Below, in pieces: positions 31,064 through 32,000 of a DNA stretch of 32,000 nt. The stretch is from Gemmata obscuriglobus. GTDB lineage: Bacteria; Planctomycetota; Planctomycetia; Gemmatales; Gemmataceae. Position 1 is the stretch's first letter, and every line of letters starts with the position of its first letter. The notes beneath the pieces were generated by a model that saw nothing but the letters and a program-made list of their open reading frames with translations, was not told the origin of the DNA and searched no databases. Location: assembly GCF_008065095.1 (NCBI RefSeq), contig NZ_CP042911.1, positions 2,100,001-2,132,000 of the forward strand, given 5' to 3'. The translations under genes and the position numbers were made by a program.

Positions 31064-32000
31064 ATGCCGAAAAACGAGGGTCAGAAGTCGAAGAAAAAGG
31101 CGGTCACCAAGAAGAAGACCGCTCCGAAGAAGCCGACCACCAAAAAGCGGGTGGCAAAGAAAGGGTACGCCGGGTCCGGGAACATCTGGACCCCGATCAG
31201 CGGGGGCACGTTCGGCGGTGGGTTCGATCCCACGCAGCAAGAGGTTCCCACGCCGGTCGACCTTCTGTGTGCCTACGAAGACGTGGTTTTTGCTTGCACA
31301 AACCGCATCGCACAGGGCGTTGCTGAGGCCGCCACGTCGTTCAAGCTCGTCGTTGCCACCGGCCACGCCGACTCCCGGCCGAACTCCACCACGAAAGCAC
31401 TTCGCACCACTGACCGGAAGTGGATCGAGAAGAACCATAAGAATCGGGTGCGGAAGGCCGTGAGTGTTGAGGAAGTGGTGGACCACCCGGCCCTCGATCT
31501 TCTTGACACGCCGAACCCGCTGTATTCCTGGTCGAAGCTCGTCGAGCTGACGACCGAGTATATGTGCTTGGTCGGGTCTGCCTTCATCTTCAAGGGCCGA
31601 AACGATCTCGGCCAGGTTCGGGAACTGTGGGTTCTTCCGAGTCACTTGGTACAGATCGAGCCGGATGAGAAGACCGGGGCCATTGCGGGGTACAAGTTCA
31701 AGTCCGGCACTACCGAAGAACTGCACAAGCCGTCCGACGTAATCCACATCCGGTACACGGCCGACCCGCTGGACCCACACACCTCGTTTGGCATCTCGCC
31801 ACTTCGCTCCATCTGGCAGCGGTTCAGCTTACTCCGGCAGGAACAAGGAAGCTGGCTGTCGGTGCTTAGAAACATGGCGTTTCCGAGTCTTTTGGCGTCA
31901 CCGCCGGACAACGAGACATGGACCCCGCAACAGGCCGAGAGGATCGAAAAGCAACTGAACGAGCGGTTTCGATGGGGCAACCAGGGCGGCGTTTGGGCGG
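31064..32000 (+). CDS. Phage portal protein (HK97-type), partial; it runs off the right edge
   Basis: My own translation from the ATG at 31064 gives a Lys-rich N-terminus and then 'VVDHPALDLLDTPNPLYSWSKLVELTTEYMCLVGSAFIFKGRNDLGQVRELWVLPSHLVQIEPDEKTGAIAGYKF...IHIRY', the Phage_portal pattern ('HP...LL..PNP...........l.G.a.......g....L..l.p..v'). There is no stop before position 32000. Confidence 0.9.
   Translation, partial: MPKNEGQKSKKKAVTKKKTAPKKPTTKKRVAKKGYAGSGNIWTPISGGTFGGGFDPTQQEVPTPVDLLCAYEDVVFACTNRIAQGVAEAATSFKLVVATGHADSRPNSTTKALRTTDRKWIEKNHKNRVRKAVSVEEVVDHPALDLLDTPNPLYSWSKLVELTTEYMCLVGSAFIFKGRNDLGQVRELWVLPSHLVQIEPDEKTGAIAGYKFKSGTTEELHKPSDVIHIRYTADPLDPHTSFGISPLRSIWQRFSLLRQEQGSWLSVLRNMAFPSLLASPPDNETWTPQQAERIEKQLNERFRWGNQGGVWA

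Larger units (their letters stand above)
20050..32000. mobile_element. Prophage-like block (replication, HNH, terminase, portal); it continues beyond the right edge
   Basis: Lower GC, many small ORFs with coupled starts, strong intrinsic terminators, a DnaB/RepA-like helicase, HNH, TerL and a portal gene. The left junction coincides with the truncation point of comEC. Confidence 0.7.

Noticed and set aside
1-32000. CRISPR arrays, rRNA genes, IS elements or transposases
   Set aside because: I found no regularly spaced direct repeats, no rRNA-like conserved blocks, and no DDE, HUH or serine-recombinase-like ORFs with terminal inverted repeats on reading both strands.

Overview
GC-rich bacterial DNA that is almost entirely accessory. 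The codon usage and gene content remind me of planctomycete-type genomes, but the taxon cannot be proven from this window. By eye it is a mosaic of four blocks. (1) 1 to ~10.9 kb is an integrative-element-like module. It holds a partial SNF2 helicase, a small HTH protein, an OB-fold-like ORF and a ~1 kb ORF-free, hairpin-rich stretch behind an AT-rich promoter-like island. It also holds an ArdC-like antirestriction protein and a string of small ORFs, six upstream regions of which carry an oriented GTGACCATAC motif. The block ends with a TGT/DpdA-like TIM-barrel ORF, a RuvB paralogue, an Xis-like HTH protein and a tyrosine integrase. (2) ~11.2-18.5 kb is a visibly less GC-rich island. It has a Hanks-type Ser/Thr kinase facing away from a 923-aa SF1 (Upf1/Dna2-like) helicase with topoisomerase-type zinc ribbons. 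It also has a translationally coupled minus-strand operon that runs from a Cys/His-rich unknown, through a second unknown (probably split by a 1-nt indel), to a NYN/LabA-like RNase. (3) 18.5-20.05 kb is debris of host genes: a LamG-like fragment and an internal comEC fragment truncated at both ends. (4) ~20.05-32 kb is a prophage-like block. It has small ORFs, a ParB-like ORF, a nuclease-like ORF, a DnaB/RepA-like helicase, an HNH endonuclease, an ECF-sigma-like ORF, the large terminase and a partial portal gene. I saw no rRNA, tRNA or CRISPR array. At least two reading frames look broken by single-base indels (4.58 kb and the C4 run at 17.52 kb), so assembly indel error is a real caveat. The best candidates for something undescribed are the coupled NYN operon with its kinase and helicase neighbours, the ORF-free structured region at 1.65-2.3 kb, and the GTGACCATAC regulon.
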